Positions 20,250-30,808 are shown, counted from the stretch's first letter. The stretch is DNA of 64,000 nt from an uncultured bacterium (GCA_964597815.1 CAZQZN010000001.1:151965-215964), one strand, 5' to 3'. A program made the numbers and translations. Notes: generated by a model from the letters alone, not told the origin.

Positions 20250-21349
20250 AGCTGTCAATAGTATTGCCTGTTTATAATGAAGCCAAAACAATTTTAGAAG
20301 TTTTGAAAGCAGTTCAAGATGCTCCAGTTTTTGGATTAGAAAAAGAAATAATCATTATTGATGATTGTTCAAGTGATTCAACTCCTGATATATTAAAAAA
20401 GTTTGTTTCAAATGATGTAAAAATTGTCAGACATGAAAAGAATCAAGGCAAGGGAGCTGCTCTAAAAACCGGCTTTGACATTGCAACTGGTGATATTATC
20501 CTTATTCAGGATGCTGATTTAGAGTACGACCCAAAAGAATATGAGAACCTTTTAAAGCCTATTCTTGAAGACAAATTTGATGTTGTTTATGGTTCACGAT
20601 TTTTAGAGTATAACGAGAATATAAAAAAATATTCACCGCACACATTGGCAAATAAGTTTCTTACTTTTCTTTCAAACCTTTTTTCTGGTCTTAAACTTAC
20701 TGATATGGAAACATGCTATAAAGTTTTTAAAGCCGGCATAATAAAAGATATTTACATAGAGGAGAAAAGATTTGGCTTTGAGCCGGAAATTACTGCAAAG
20801 ATTGCTTCAAAAATCAGAAAAGAAAATTTAAGAATTGCAGAGGTTCCTATATCATATAAGCCCCGCTCTTACAAACATGGCAAGAAAATAGGCATTAAAG
20901 ATGGCATAAGGGCAATATGGTGCATTGTTAAATACAACGATTCATTTTTTATTACCTTTTTAAGATATGCTTTTAGCGGGCTTTCAGCATCATTTCTGCA
21001 ATTTTTTTCAATGGTTTTTTTAGTTGAGTTTCTTTCTTTCAAAACGGTTTTTTTGCAAAACTTGGCGAATATACTCAGCATATTGATAAGTATGGTTTAT
21101 GTATTCTTGATGCATTCCTTTTTTTCATGGAGGTATAAGTTTAGCTCTTTGATGATTTTTTTCAAGAAAATGTTTGTTTTTTTTGTTTTTTCGGGCATAT
21201 TGCTTATTTTCAGGATTTTGTTGTTTTATCTTTTGTCTGTGATGGGTATGGACTACAAATTAAATACTTTGATAAACATAGTCTTTGTCGTTATAGTAAA
21301 TTTTATCTTTTACAATCTTGTTTTGTTCAAAGAGACAAAAACCACTTAA
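20246..21349 (+). CDS. GT2 polyprenol-phosphate glycosyltransferase (DPM1/ArnC/GtrB-like) fused to a C-terminal GtrA-like 4-TM domain
   Basis: LSIVLPVYNEA...IIIIDDCSSDST...DADLEYDP forms the GT-A DxD set. The C-terminal 130 aa carry a GtrA-like helix pattern. Confidence 0.85.
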   Translation: MKLSIVLPVYNEAKTILEVLKAVQDAPVFGLEKEIIIIDDCSSDSTPDILKKFVSNDVKIVRHEKNQGKGAALKTGFDIATGDIILIQDADLEYDPKEYENLLKPILEDKFDVVYGSRFLEYNENIKKYSPHTLANKFLTFLSNLFSGLKLTDMETCYKVFKAGIIKDIYIEEKRFGFEPEITAKIASKIRKENLRIAEVPISYKPRSYKHGKKIGIKDGIRAIWCIVKYNDSFFITFLRYAFSGLSASFLQFFSMVFLVEFLSFKTVFLQNLANILSILISMVYVFLMHSFFSWRYKFSSLMIFFKKMFVFFVFSGILLIFRILLFYLLSVMGMDYKLNTLINIVFVVIVNFIFYNLVLFKETKTT

Positions 21350-22268
21350 TAGTCAATTCTAGTCCTGTTTGAAGATCTATTTTTGGTTCCCAACCCAATA
21401 AATTTTTTGCTTTCGAAATATCTGGCCTTCTTTGTTTTGGATCATCCTCGGGCAAAGGACTAAATTTTATGTTGGAAAGTGGTTTGTTAAAATTTTTGTT
21501 GACCATTTCAGCTAATTCTTTGATAGTAAATTCGTTTGGATTGCCAAGATTAATAGGGCCGGTTTCATTGCTCTCCAGCATTTTAATGGTACCGTCAATC
21601 AGGTCATCAATATAACAAAAACTTCTTGTTTGAGATCCGTCTCCATATATTGTTAAAGGCATATCTTTCAACGCCTGAGAGATAAAGTTTGGAATGACTC
21701 TCCCGTCGTTTTTGCGCATCCTTGGACCATAAGTATTAAATATCCTTGCGATTTTTATGTCTAAATTGAATTTCCTTTTATAAGAAAAAATCAAAGCTTC
21801 TGAAAATCTTTTGCTCTCGTCATATACACTTCTTGGCCCAATAGGATTTACATTACCCCAGTAACCTTCATTTTGGGGGCTTACTTTTGGATCTCCGTAA
21901 ACTTCAGAAGTAGAAGCGAAAAAATATTTTGCATTGCAGGCTTTTGCAAGTTCAAGAGTATTTAGTGTTCCAATTGAACCTACTTTCATTGTCTCGACAG
22001 GAAAGTTTAGGTAATCAACTGGGCTTGCAGGGGAGGCCAAGTTTATTACGAAATCCAAGTTTTTTTCCATGATTTTTTCCACAAAATCGCTTTTGCATAT
22101 ATCAACTTGAATAAATTCAAAATTATCATTTTTTAAAGCTGTTTGGATATTTGTCTTAGAGCCAGTTAAAAGGTTGTCAGCACAAATTACTCTATTTCCA
22201 CTTTTTAATAAACGATCACAGAGATGAGATCCAATAAAGCCGGCTCCGCCGGCGACAAGAAATTTCAT
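21327..22268 (-). CDS. UDP-glucuronate decarboxylase (UDP-xylose synthase / ArnA-C-terminal-like SDR)
   Basis: VAGGAGFIGSHLCDRLL Rossmann motif, YxxxK region and UXS-typical DGRVIPNFI. Confidence 0.85.
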   Translation of the reverse strand: MKFLVAGGAGFIGSHLCDRLLKSGNRVICADNLLTGSKTNIQTALKNDNFEFIQVDICKSDFVEKIMEKNLDFVINLASPASPVDYLNFPVETMKVGSIGTLNTLELAKACNAKYFFASTSEVYGDPKVSPQNEGYWGNVNPIGPRSVYDESKRFSEALIFSYKRKFNLDIKIARIFNTYGPRMRKNDGRVIPNFISQALKDMPLTIYGDGSQTRSFCYIDDLIDGTIKMLESNETGPINLGNPNEFTIKELAEMVNKNFNKPLSNIKFSPLPEDDPKQRRPDISKAKNLLGWEPKIDLQTGLELTIKWFLSL

Positions 22269-23566
22269 CTTCCAACTCCAAAGTATTTAAATCCTTGCTC
22301 TTTCATTAATTTTGGATTTAACATGTTTCTAGCGTCAAATACATAAAGTTTCTTCAAGCTCTTTTTTAATAGTTCCACTTCAATTTGTTTAAATATAGGC
22401 CAATCTGTTACAAAAATTGCCGCATCAGATCCTTTTGCCGCTGAATAGATGTCTTTTTCAATAACAAGATTTTTAATTGATGGTATTTCTTTTACAACAG
22501 GGTCATAAGCGTGTACAGAAAAACCTTTTTTTGTCAACTTTGATATTAATTTTATTGAGGGCGATTCTCGAATATCATCTGTGCCGGGCTTAAATGAAAG
22601 GCCAAACACGGCAACTTTTTTATTTTTTGGGCTTTTTAAAACTTTCAAAATTTTGTTTAGAATCAGGTCAACTTGCTGTTCGTTAATTTTGTTTAATGTT
22701 TCCAAAAGGCAAGGTTTGTATCCCATCTTTTTTGATAAACTCACAATTGCGGAAACATCTTTTGGCAGACAAGAACCACCATAACCTATTCCGGCGTTTA
22801 GAAAATATCGCCCAATTCTTTTATCCAATCCAACCGCATTTGCGAGCTTTACGACATCAACTCCGACTCTTTCGCAGATGTTTGCGATTTCATTAATGAA
22901 AGATATTTTTGTTGCTAAAAAAGAGTTGGAAACATATTTTATCATTTCTGCTGTTTTAATATCAGTAAAAATTATGTGTGCGTTTAGGCTTCTGTATAAT
23001 TCTGTAATTGTGTCAAATGCTTTTGTGTCTATTGCCCCAATAACAATTCTATCCGGATTCATAAAATCGTTTATTGCATTGCCCTCACTTAAAAATTCCG
23101 GATTTGATACAACTGAAAAATTTTTTTGTGGGATATTGTGTTTTCTTAATATTTTATGGACGATGTCTCCCATTCCAACAGGAACAGTGCTTTTATTTAC
23201 AATCACTTTGTAGAAATTTTTGGTTTTTATGCTTTTTAGAGAATTTGCTATGTTTTTTGCGACTTTAATTACATTTGATATATCCGCAGAGCCATCATTT
23301 TTTGGTGGAGTGGCAACAGCTATAAAAATTACATCGGATTGTTTGACAGCATCGTCTAAATTTGTGCTAAAGAAAAGCCTTTTGTTTTTGCTATTAAATT
23401 TGACAAGTTCTTCAAGCCCCGGTTCAAAAAAAGGCACAATGCCATTTTTTAAGCTTTCTAATTTTTTGTAATCTTTATCGATACAAAAAACCTGATTGCC
23501 CAAATTTGCCAAACAGGCTCCGGTTACCAGCCCCACATATCCAGAACCAATAATACAAACCTTCAT
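22265..23566 (-). CDS. ugd: UDP-glucose 6-dehydrogenase
   Basis: MKVCIIGSGYVGLVTGACLA at the N-terminus, catalytic GGSCLPKD, and family-typical length. Confidence 0.9.
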   Translation of the reverse strand: MKVCIIGSGYVGLVTGACLANLGNQVFCIDKDYKKLESLKNGIVPFFEPGLEELVKFNSKNKRLFFSTNLDDAVKQSDVIFIAVATPPKNDGSADISNVIKVAKNIANSLKSIKTKNFYKVIVNKSTVPVGMGDIVHKILRKHNIPQKNFSVVSNPEFLSEGNAINDFMNPDRIVIGAIDTKAFDTITELYRSLNAHIIFTDIKTAEMIKYVSNSFLATKISFINEIANICERVGVDVVKLANAVGLDKRIGRYFLNAGIGYGGSCLPKDVSAIVSLSKKMGYKPCLLETLNKINEQQVDLILNKILKVLKSPKNKKVAVFGLSFKPGTDDIRESPSIKLISKLTKKGFSVHAYDPVVKEIPSIKNLVIEKDIYSAAKGSDAAIFVTDWPIFKQIEVELLKKSLKKLYVFDARNMLNPKLMKEQGFKYFGVGR

Positions 23567-23634
23567 GATTTTTATTATAACTCAAAAAATTTCCTCGTGT
23601 TATAATTTAGTAAGTTTAAGGAGGAAAACAAAGT

Positions 23635-24150
23635 ATGAAGTGTCCAAAATGTTTGTCTAGCATACCAGAGTGGAATAAGGCTTGCAAATGCGGATATAAA
23701 TTGGATTTTTCAAAAGTTCCTTCTCCTCCAAGGCAGATAGGTTTAATAAACGATTACGAGGCGATAATTGGTGAACAGCTTGGCAAAATGATAAATCTGG
23801 TAAATGATATTGAGAAAAAAACCGGCATAGAAATTGTAGTCGCTATACTAAACAATACCAAGCCGCTACTTCCTGAAAATTATGCTTTTTATCTATTTAA
23901 TAAATGGAATCTTGGTAAAAAAGACCATAGAGCGATTTTAATCTTGGTTGCAATGTATGAAAGGCGAGTTGAAACTGAAATTGGATTTGGGTTGGAAAAA
24001 TACATTACTGAGGATGAGACAGAAAAATTGTTGGATGAAATAATAATCCCTTATTTTAAGCAAAGCAAATATGGGGAAGGTCTTTACGAGGCTTTGAAAG
24101 CTTTGGCTAAAAAATTGGAAAATTTGGATCTGCCGCCACTGAAAAAATAA
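23635..24150 (+). CDS. TPM-domain (TLP18.3/Psb32/MOLO-1 phosphatase-like) protein with N-terminal zinc ribbon
   Basis: CPKC...CKCG zinc ribbon; TPM core KKDHRAILILVAMYERRVETEIGFGLEKYITEDE. Confidence 0.7.
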   Translation: MKCPKCLSSIPEWNKACKCGYKLDFSKVPSPPRQIGLINDYEAIIGEQLGKMINLVNDIEKKTGIEIVVAILNNTKPLLPENYAFYLFNKWNLGKKDHRAILILVAMYERRVETEIGFGLEKYITEDETEKLLDEIIIPYFKQSKYGEGLYEALKALAKKLENLDLPPLKK

Positions 24151-24157
24151 GACTTAT

Positions 24158-25039
24158 CTATGATGTGAGATACTCAAGTGCTTCCAAATATTTTTTTGAA
24201 GTCATTTCTATAACATCTTTTGGTAACTCAGGTGCAGGCGGTTTTTGGTTCCAGTTTATAGATAAAAGGTAATCTCTTACATATTGCTTGTCGAAACTTT
24301 TTTGTCCTCTCCCAACTTGATAATCACTTTTAGGCCAAAATCTCGATGAATCAGGAGTCAAAACTTCATCAATCAAAATTAAATCATTGTTATAAATACC
24401 AAACTCAAATTTTGTGTCAGCGATAATAATCCCTTTTGAATCTGCAATTTGTGATGCTTTTTTGTACAATTGTATAGAAATTGATCTTATTTTTTCCGCC
24501 AAATCTTTTCCAATGATATCTTTTGTCTTTTCAAAATCTATTGTTTGGTCATGTTTACCCGCTTCTTCTTTTGTTGAAGGCGTGAAAATTGGTTCGGGAA
24601 GTTTTTGAGATTCTTTGAGCCCTTTGGGAAGCTCGATGCCAGAAATTTTTCCAGTGGTTAAATAATCCTTCCATCCGGAGCCAGATAAGTAGCCTCTTAC
24701 TATGCATTCTATTGGAAGCGGCTTTGCTTTCTTTACAATCATTGATCTGCCGTCAAGTTCATCTTTGTATTTTTTGCAAATATCCGGATACTTTTCTACA
24801 TCGTTTGTTATAAGATGGTTATCGACGATGTCTTTTAACTGATTAAACCAGAAGATTGAAATTTTTGTTAAAACTTCGCCTTTTCTTGGGATTGGATTTG
24901 GCAGCACCACATCAAAAGCAGATAGACGATCGGTTGCCACAATTAGCAAACTTTCGCCAAGATCATAAATATCCCTGACTTTTCCTCTACCAAGAAGTTT
25001 TAGATTTGGGAAATTTGTGCTATACACTTGTGATTGCAT
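24158..25039 (-). CDS. purC: Phosphoribosylaminoimidazole-succinocarboxamide synthase (long form)
   Basis: [39 protein letters not shown] synthetase signature. Confidence 0.9.
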   Translation of the reverse strand: MQSQVYSTNFPNLKLLGRGKVRDIYDLGESLLIVATDRLSAFDVVLPNPIPRKGEVLTKISIFWFNQLKDIVDNHLITNDVEKYPDICKKYKDELDGRSMIVKKAKPLPIECIVRGYLSGSGWKDYLTTGKISGIELPKGLKESQKLPEPIFTPSTKEEAGKHDQTIDFEKTKDIIGKDLAEKIRSISIQLYKKASQIADSKGIIIADTKFEFGIYNNDLILIDEVLTPDSSRFWPKSDYQVGRGQKSFDKQYVRDYLLSINWNQKPPAPELPKDVIEMTSKKYLEALEYLTS

Positions 25040-25118
25040 AATATTTTTCCTTCAAGCTTTTCTTAAAAGTTGATTGGTTAGTTATCTCTGAGGTATTTTT
25101 AACATATTATAACACAAC

Positions 25119-25787
25119 TTATGTTTTGTGGGAGAGGTCCAAGTTGAGTTTTTTCAATGCTTCTGTTTCTCCAAAAACGATTAAAATATCGCCTTCCATA
25201 ATCATATTTTCATCAGTCAGATTGAAGATTAATTCATCACCTCTTTTGATTCCAAGAATTGTTACATGAAACCTTCTTCTTAAAGCCAATTCTTTGATGG
25301 TTTTGTTTGCAAGTTTTTCTGTTGCTTCAACGCTGACAATGTTTATATGTTGCCCTAACTCTAGATAATCCAAAATGCTGTCAGAAGTGAGTTTGTTGAC
25401 AAGTTTTATAGCAGTGTCTTGTTCTGGATAAACAATTTGATCAACTTGAAGTTTTGTCAATATCTTTCCGTGAATAGTGTTTTGTGCTTTTGCTATGACT
25501 TTTTTTATTCCAAATCCCTTGCATAGCTGACTGCAAATAATATTTGATTCGATATTTGAACTTTCTGCGACAATAGCGACATCGCAATCATTTACTCCAG
25601 CTTCTTTCAAAGTTGATTCATTTGTTATATCTCCAACGAATGCGTGAGTTACTTCATCTTTGATATTGTCGATTTTTACCTCGTTTAGATCAATTACAAT
25701 AACTTCCTGCCCTCTGTAAAAAAGTTCTCTTGCAACTTTGCTTCCAAATCTCCCAAGCCCAAGAACGGCAAATTGTTTCTTTTCCAT
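25119..25787 (-). CDS. trkA: Trk-type K+ uptake NAD-binding subunit
   Basis: FAVLGLGRFGSKVARELFYRGQEVIVID Rossmann plus C-terminal TrkA_C domain. Confidence 0.85.
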   Translation of the reverse strand: MEKKQFAVLGLGRFGSKVARELFYRGQEVIVIDLNEVKIDNIKDEVTHAFVGDITNESTLKEAGVNDCDVAIVAESSNIESNIICSQLCKGFGIKKVIAKAQNTIHGKILTKLQVDQIVYPEQDTAIKLVNKLTSDSILDYLELGQHINIVSVEATEKLANKTIKELALRRRFHVTILGIKRGDELIFNLTDENMIMEGDILIVFGETEALKKLNLDLSHKT

Positions 25788-25808
25788 AAAAACTCCTCCT
25801 TTTATTTA

Positions 25809-27122
25809 TTATCCAACAGAAATTCCCTCTTTGGGATGTTTTAAATCGCTTATTCTGCTTTTTGTTGAAATTGACGATAGAAGCGTTATTGTTCCCACTC
25901 TTCCAATAAACATCACAAAGGAAAGTATTATTTTCCCAATGTCTGAAAGCAATGGAGTAATTCCCAAACTAAGGCCAACAGTGCCAAAAGCTGAGAAAAC
26001 TTCAAACGACACTGCTTTTAATGAGAAATTTTCACTTGCGTTTAGAAAGAAAATGGCTATTGCTATAAATGAGATTGCAAGAAAAAATATTGTGAAAGAT
26101 TTTCTGACAGTTTCAGGAGGAATTCTTCTTTCAAAGATAATAGTGTTTTTTGATTCTTTAAGTGAAGAAATAATTGTTGCAACAATCAAGGTAAAAGTTG
26201 TTGTTTTTATTCCGCCGCCTGTTCCTCCGGGGCTTGCGCCAACAAACATCAATCCCATTAAGACAAGAATTGATGCATTTCTCATATTTGCAATTGGCAA
26301 AGTGTTAAAGCCAGCTGTTCTTGCTGTGACAGATTGGAAATATGATGAAAGGATTTTTTCAAAATTTCCTAAAAAACCAAGTGTAGCTGGGTTGTTAAAC
26401 TCAATTGTAAAAATGCTGATTGCGCCTAACAAAATCAAAAAAAGTGTTGTTGACAAAACAACTTTTGATTGAAGTGAAAATCTTTTATTTTGGCTTATAT
26501 CGCTTATTACCAAAAACCCTAATCCTCCAAAAATTATGAGTGTTGTGATAACCAAATTTACTACTATATCTCCTCGATATGCTGTAAAACTTGAGAAATT
26601 TGGGAAAAGCGAAAATCCGGCGTTGCAAAATGCTGAAACTGAGTGAAACACTCCATAAAAGATGGCCCTTTTAAAACCAAAACTTGGTAACCATCTTATT
26701 GATAGAATTAAAGCCCCAAGGCCTTCAAATCCAAATACGATGATCAAAATCCTTTTTATTATATTAACGACTTCTCTGCCAGAGTACATATTTAAGGTTT
26801 CTTGTGCAATTAGTTTTTCTGTTATGAACAATTTTCTTTTTAGTAAAACCATGAAAAAAGTGGAAAATGTCATATATCCTAAACCGCCGATTTGTATCAG
26901 CGTTAATATAACCAATTTGCCAAACAAAGAGAAATATGTTCCTGTATCAAAGCACGCAAGGCCGGTCACACAAGTTGCTGAAGTTGCAGTAAAGAGTGAG
27001 TTTGCAAAATTTGTTTCTTGCCCATTTGCGGAAGAAAATGGCAGAGATAGAAGTACTGTTCCTGTTAGTATAACCAGAAGGAAGCTTAAAACTACAATCA
27101 ACGAAGGTCTAAATCTTAACAT
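25809..27122 (-). CDS. trkH: Trk/Ktr-type K+ transporter membrane subunit
   Basis: Repeated MPM pore modules with GxGYG-like selectivity segments (IGGLGYMTF, GLGFLVI, GASPGGTGGG). Confidence 0.85.
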   Translation of the reverse strand: MLRFRPSLIVVLSFLLVILTGTVLLSLPFSSANGQETNFANSLFTATSATCVTGLACFDTGTYFSLFGKLVILTLIQIGGLGYMTFSTFFMVLLKRKLFITEKLIAQETLNMYSGREVVNIIKRILIIVFGFEGLGALILSIRWLPSFGFKRAIFYGVFHSVSAFCNAGFSLFPNFSSFTAYRGDIVVNLVITTLIIFGGLGFLVISDISQNKRFSLQSKVVLSTTLFLILLGAISIFTIEFNNPATLGFLGNFEKILSSYFQSVTARTAGFNTLPIANMRNASILVLMGLMFVGASPGGTGGGIKTTTFTLIVATIISSLKESKNTIIFERRIPPETVRKSFTIFFLAISFIAIAIFFLNASENFSLKAVSFEVFSAFGTVGLSLGITPLLSDIGKIILSFVMFIGRVGTITLLSSISTKSRISDLKHPKEGISVG

Positions 27123-27230
27123 TTATATATATCCAAATGAATATGATATAACAATCATCCTTTCTTAGCAAGTCGTAAGTTTGAGAAATCCGTCAATACT
27201 TTGAGGAAGGTAATAATTTACTGATGTTTT

Positions 27231-27240
27231 GTGTTATAAT
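27231..27240 (+). promoter_or_regulatory. Extended -10 promoter element (TGnTATAAT) upstream of fba
   Basis: gtgTTATAAT ends 33 nt before the fba ATG, within a 150-bp intergenic region following the convergent trkH. Confidence 0.4.
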
Positions 27241-27272
27241 TTTTTTGTAAGAAAAAGAAAGGGGATTTTAAA

Positions 27273-28202
27273 ATGCCGCTGGTCACAAGCAAAGAGATGT
27301 TCAAAAAAGCTTATGTTGGAGGATATGCAATTGGGGCGTTTAATGTTAACAATATGGAAATACTTCAGGCGATTGTAGATGCAGCAAAAGAGGAAAATGC
27401 TCCTTTGATACTACAGGTCTCAGCAGGGGCAAGAAAGTATGCTCGTCATGAATATCTGATTCATCTTGTCAAAGCTGCCTTGGAAACTGCTGATCTGCCT
27501 ATTGTTTTGCACTTGGATCATGGTGAAGATTTTGAAATCTGCAAGGCATGCATTGATGGTGGTTTTACTTCGGTGATGATAGATGGCTCAAAGTATCCAT
27601 TGGAAGAAAATATTAAGCTTACAAAACAAGTTGTTGACTATGCTCACCCAAGAGGGGTAAGCGTTGAAGCAGAACTTGGGAAATTAGCTGGGGTTGAAGA
27701 TGCCGTAAAGGTTGCAGCAAAGGATGCTACCTACACTGATCCTGATGAAGCAGAAAGATTTGTAAAAGAAACTGGTTGTGATTCTTTGGCGATTGCGATA
27801 GGCACAAGCCATGGTGCCTACAAGTTTAAAGGCGAACCACGATTGGACATGGAAAGGTTAAAAGAAATTGCAAAAAGATTGCCAAACTTTCCGTTGGTCT
27901 TACATGGAGCTTCTTCTGTTCCGCAATATTTAGTTGATGAATGCAACAAGTATGGCGGTAAACTTCCCGGCGCTAAAGGTGTTCCAGAAGAAATGTTGAG
28001 AGAGGCAGCAAAAGGCGCAATTTGTAAAATAAATATAGATACAGATTTGCGTTTGGCAATGACAGCCACTATTAGGAGGATTTTTGTTGAAAATCCGGCT
28101 GAGTTTGATCCAAGAAAATATCTTGGTCCTGCAAGAGATGAGATAAAAAAGGTTGTCAAACACAAAATAGCAAATGTTTTAGGTTGTTCCGGAAAAGCTT
28201 AA
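27273..28202 (+). CDS. fba: Class II fructose-bisphosphate aldolase
   Basis: GGYAIGAFNVNNME...LHLDHG...GTSHGAYKF class II FBA motifs. Confidence 0.9.
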   Translation: MPLVTSKEMFKKAYVGGYAIGAFNVNNMEILQAIVDAAKEENAPLILQVSAGARKYARHEYLIHLVKAALETADLPIVLHLDHGEDFEICKACIDGGFTSVMIDGSKYPLEENIKLTKQVVDYAHPRGVSVEAELGKLAGVEDAVKVAAKDATYTDPDEAERFVKETGCDSLAIAIGTSHGAYKFKGEPRLDMERLKEIAKRLPNFPLVLHGASSVPQYLVDECNKYGGKLPGAKGVPEEMLREAAKGAICKINIDTDLRLAMTATIRRIFVENPAEFDPRKYLGPARDEIKKVVKHKIANVLGCSGKA

Positions 28203-28209
28203 AATATTT

Positions 28210-28596
28210 ATGGCTTCAAAATATACAAAAACTCACGCAACTGCGGGATTGAGAGACAAACTCCCAAAAATTGCTGTTTTTGAAAATCAGTTCTCCGACT
28301 ATGAGATAACCATAATTGAACCTGAATTTACTTCTGTTTGTCCCAAAACCTCTCTGCCAGATTTTGGCGTTATAACGATAAAATATGTCCCCGACAAATA
28401 TTGTTTAGAATTAAAATCACTCAAATATTATTTCAATTCTTATAGAAATTTAGGCATATTCATGGAAAATGTTGTTAACAGAATTTTGGTAGATATAGTA
28501 AAAGCCTGCCGGCCCAAAAAAGCTTATGTTCTGGGAGAATTTAATCCAAGAGGTGGAATAAAAACTATTGTTGAGGCAAAATTTCCAGTTTCATAA
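28210..28596 (+). CDS. queF: NADPH-dependent 7-cyano-7-deazaguanine reductase (type I QueF)
   Basis: EFTSVCPKTSLPDFGVITIKYVPDKYCLELKSLKYYFNSYRN has the catalytic Cys and the QueF motif. Confidence 0.85.
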   Translation: MASKYTKTHATAGLRDKLPKIAVFENQFSDYEITIIEPEFTSVCPKTSLPDFGVITIKYVPDKYCLELKSLKYYFNSYRNLGIFMENVVNRILVDIVKACRPKKAYVLGEFNPRGGIKTIVEAKFPVS

Positions 28597-28996
28597 AAGT
28601 ACAGCCGATTTTTGGGCATCCTTCACACCATTTTTCATCTCTTATTATGCACTCGTTCATATTTTCTTTTACAACTTTAAATCCAAATTTCTTGAAATAT
28701 TCAGGAATTAGTGTTGTCAAATAAATTGATTTGTATCCCATTTCAATTGCTTTCTTTAGGAGTTCTAACACTATTTTTTTACCTATTCCTTTATTTCTAT
28801 ATTCTTCAATGACGCCAATTGTTCCAAGTTCTATGCAATCTTTATGTTGTAATAATCTTCCAAAGCCAATTATTTTGCCGTCAATTTCAGCAACCAAAAA
28901 CTGATTTGCATCCATATCATTTGATTCAAGGTTATATTTTTTTGCCAGAGAGAATATTATTTCCAGATCGTTGCCTTTAGCTTTTCTGATAAGCAT
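28565..28996 (-). CDS. GNAT family N-acetyltransferase with C-terminal Cys cluster
   Basis: Acetyl-CoA binding RNKGIGKKIVLELLKKA; C-terminal CEGCPKIGC. Confidence 0.72.
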   Translation of the reverse strand: MLIRKAKGNDLEIIFSLAKKYNLESNDMDANQFLVAEIDGKIIGFGRLLQHKDCIELGTIGVIEEYRNKGIGKKIVLELLKKAIEMGYKSIYLTTLIPEYFKKFGFKVVKENMNECIIRDEKWCEGCPKIGCTFMKLEILPQQ

Positions 28997-29002
28997 TGCA
29001 AA

Positions 29003-29992
29003 TTGAATTATATCATCTATTTTGGTAGGATAAGAATTGTGGGGAACATAGAAAAGTTTAAAAATAAAAAAATTGCTGTTTTGTGCGGTGGAGTATCCGG
29101 AGAAAGGGAAGTGTCTTTAAGATCCGGCAAAAAAGTTTATGAGAGTTTAATTTCGCAAGGGCTAAACGCTATTTTGCTTGATACAAAAGAAGAAGATTTT
29201 TTAACAGTTTTGAAAACTGAAAAAGTTGATTTGGCTTGTATAATGCTACATGGCAGATTTGGTGAGGATGGGACAATTCAGGGATTTCTAGAGATACTTG
29301 GCATACCGTATACTGGATCCAAAGTTTTAGCTTCAGCGCTCGGGATGAACAAAATCGCTTCCAAAAAAATATGGTTATCCAATGGTATTCCAACTCCAAA
29401 ATTTATTGAAATTGATCCAAAAGGAGATCTTAATGCTCAATGTGAGAGGATAAAAAGAGTATTCCCTTTTCCGTTGGTTATTAAACCGACTAACGAAGGT
29501 TCGAGTTTGGGAGTGTCTATTTTGAAAGATGAAAGGACTTTTGAAGAGGTTTTAAAGAATACGATTTATGAATTTAACGATGTATTTGTTGAAGAATTTA
29601 TCGATGGAATTCAAACAACAGTTGGAGTTTTACAACTGGAAAACGAATACAAAGCACTGCCAATTTTGGAGCTGAGGCCAAAAGGCGAATTCTATGACTA
29701 TAAATCCAAATACACAAATGGAATGACAGAATTTATAATTCCTGCAAATCTTCCAAAACAAGTATATGCTAGTACACAGGAAATAGCTGTTAAATCATTT
29801 AGAGCGCTTGGTTGCAGAGGATTTGCCAGAATAGACATAATAGTAGATAGAGATGGAGTGCCTTTTGTTCACGATGCAAACACTATTCCCGGAATGACAG
29901 AGCTTTCTGATTTGCCTGCACAGGCGTCGGCTGATGGAATTACTTATGATCAGTTGGTTTTGCATATTTTAGAAAGTGCTTTTTATCATTAA
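29003..29992 (+). CDS. ddl: D-alanine--D-alanine ligase
   Basis: KIAVLCGGVSGEREVSLRSG N-domain plus ATP-grasp core. The start is uncertain, with a possible GTG at 29040. Confidence 0.85.
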   Translation: MNYIIYFGRIRIVGNIEKFKNKKIAVLCGGVSGEREVSLRSGKKVYESLISQGLNAILLDTKEEDFLTVLKTEKVDLACIMLHGRFGEDGTIQGFLEILGIPYTGSKVLASALGMNKIASKKIWLSNGIPTPKFIEIDPKGDLNAQCERIKRVFPFPLVIKPTNEGSSLGVSILKDERTFEEVLKNTIYEFNDVFVEEFIDGIQTTVGVLQLENEYKALPILELRPKGEFYDYKSKYTNGMTEFIIPANLPKQVYASTQEIAVKSFRALGCRGFARIDIIVDRDGVPFVHDANTIPGMTELSDLPAQASADGITYDQLVLHILESAFYH

Positions 29993-30001
29993 GAAAATCT
30001 T

Positions 30002-30760
30002 ATGAAAAAAACGGCTCTTGTTTTTTTAAGAGTTTTAGTGCTTCTAACAATAGTTATAAGTTTTATTTTTGCTTTTTTATCTCTACCATTTTGGCAAGTA
30101 AAAAACATATATGTTGAAGGGAACAAGATTCTTTCAGCAGATTTTATTAAAAGCAAAGTCAACATTCCTTTTAACGAAAATATTTTTTTCTTTGACCGAT
30201 CTTATGTTTTGCGAAAACTTTTTGAACTTCCTCAAATAAAAAGTGCTTCTGTCTCATTGAGATTGCCAAATTCTATCATCATCAAAATTAAAGAAAGAAA
30301 TCCATTTGCTGTTGTTACCGCTTCTAACAAATATTTGATTATTGACAACGAAGGTTATATCATTGAGTCCATTGAAGCCATTGGTTCTTTAGAAAAGTTT
30401 TTTGTGCAAAAAGCCATTGATCTGCCAACAGTTTTGAATTTGCCAAAAGAAGCAATCATAGATGGAAATAAAATTGATCCAAAAGCGATGAAAGTGATTG
30501 AATTTTCTTTTTTAAAGTTGAAAAATTTTTTAAAAGACAGCAAGTTTGAATTTGAATTAAAAGACGGCCAAATAGACCTTATAATTGATGGTGCTTTCAA
30601 AATAAAACTAGGAGTTCCCGAAGATATTGAAGAAAAATCAAACGTTTTGTCTAAAATTTTAGATGCCATTAAAGATAAAAGAACCATAGAATATATAGAT
30701 GTAAGAGTAGATAATTTCCCTGTTGTAAAATTTAAGAGTATGTTGGATAATAAACAATAA
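30002..30760 (+). CDS. ftsQ: Cell division protein FtsQ/DivIB (TM anchor + POTRA)
   Basis: Single N-terminal TM helix followed by a POTRA-like VKNIYVEGNKILSADFI and the FtsQ beta domain. Confidence 0.78.
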   Translation: MKKTALVFLRVLVLLTIVISFIFAFLSLPFWQVKNIYVEGNKILSADFIKSKVNIPFNENIFFFDRSYVLRKLFELPQIKSASVSLRLPNSIIIKIKERNPFAVVTASNKYLIIDNEGYIIESIEAIGSLEKFFVQKAIDLPTVLNLPKEAIIDGNKIDPKAMKVIEFSFLKLKNFLKDSKFEFELKDGQIDLIIDGAFKIKLGVPEDIEEKSNVLSKILDAIKDKRTIEYIDVRVDNFPVVKFKSMLDNKQ

Positions 30761-30808
30761 AAGCTCAAAAATGTGTTAAAATAAATAAGCAATTTTAAGG
30801 AGAAAGAA

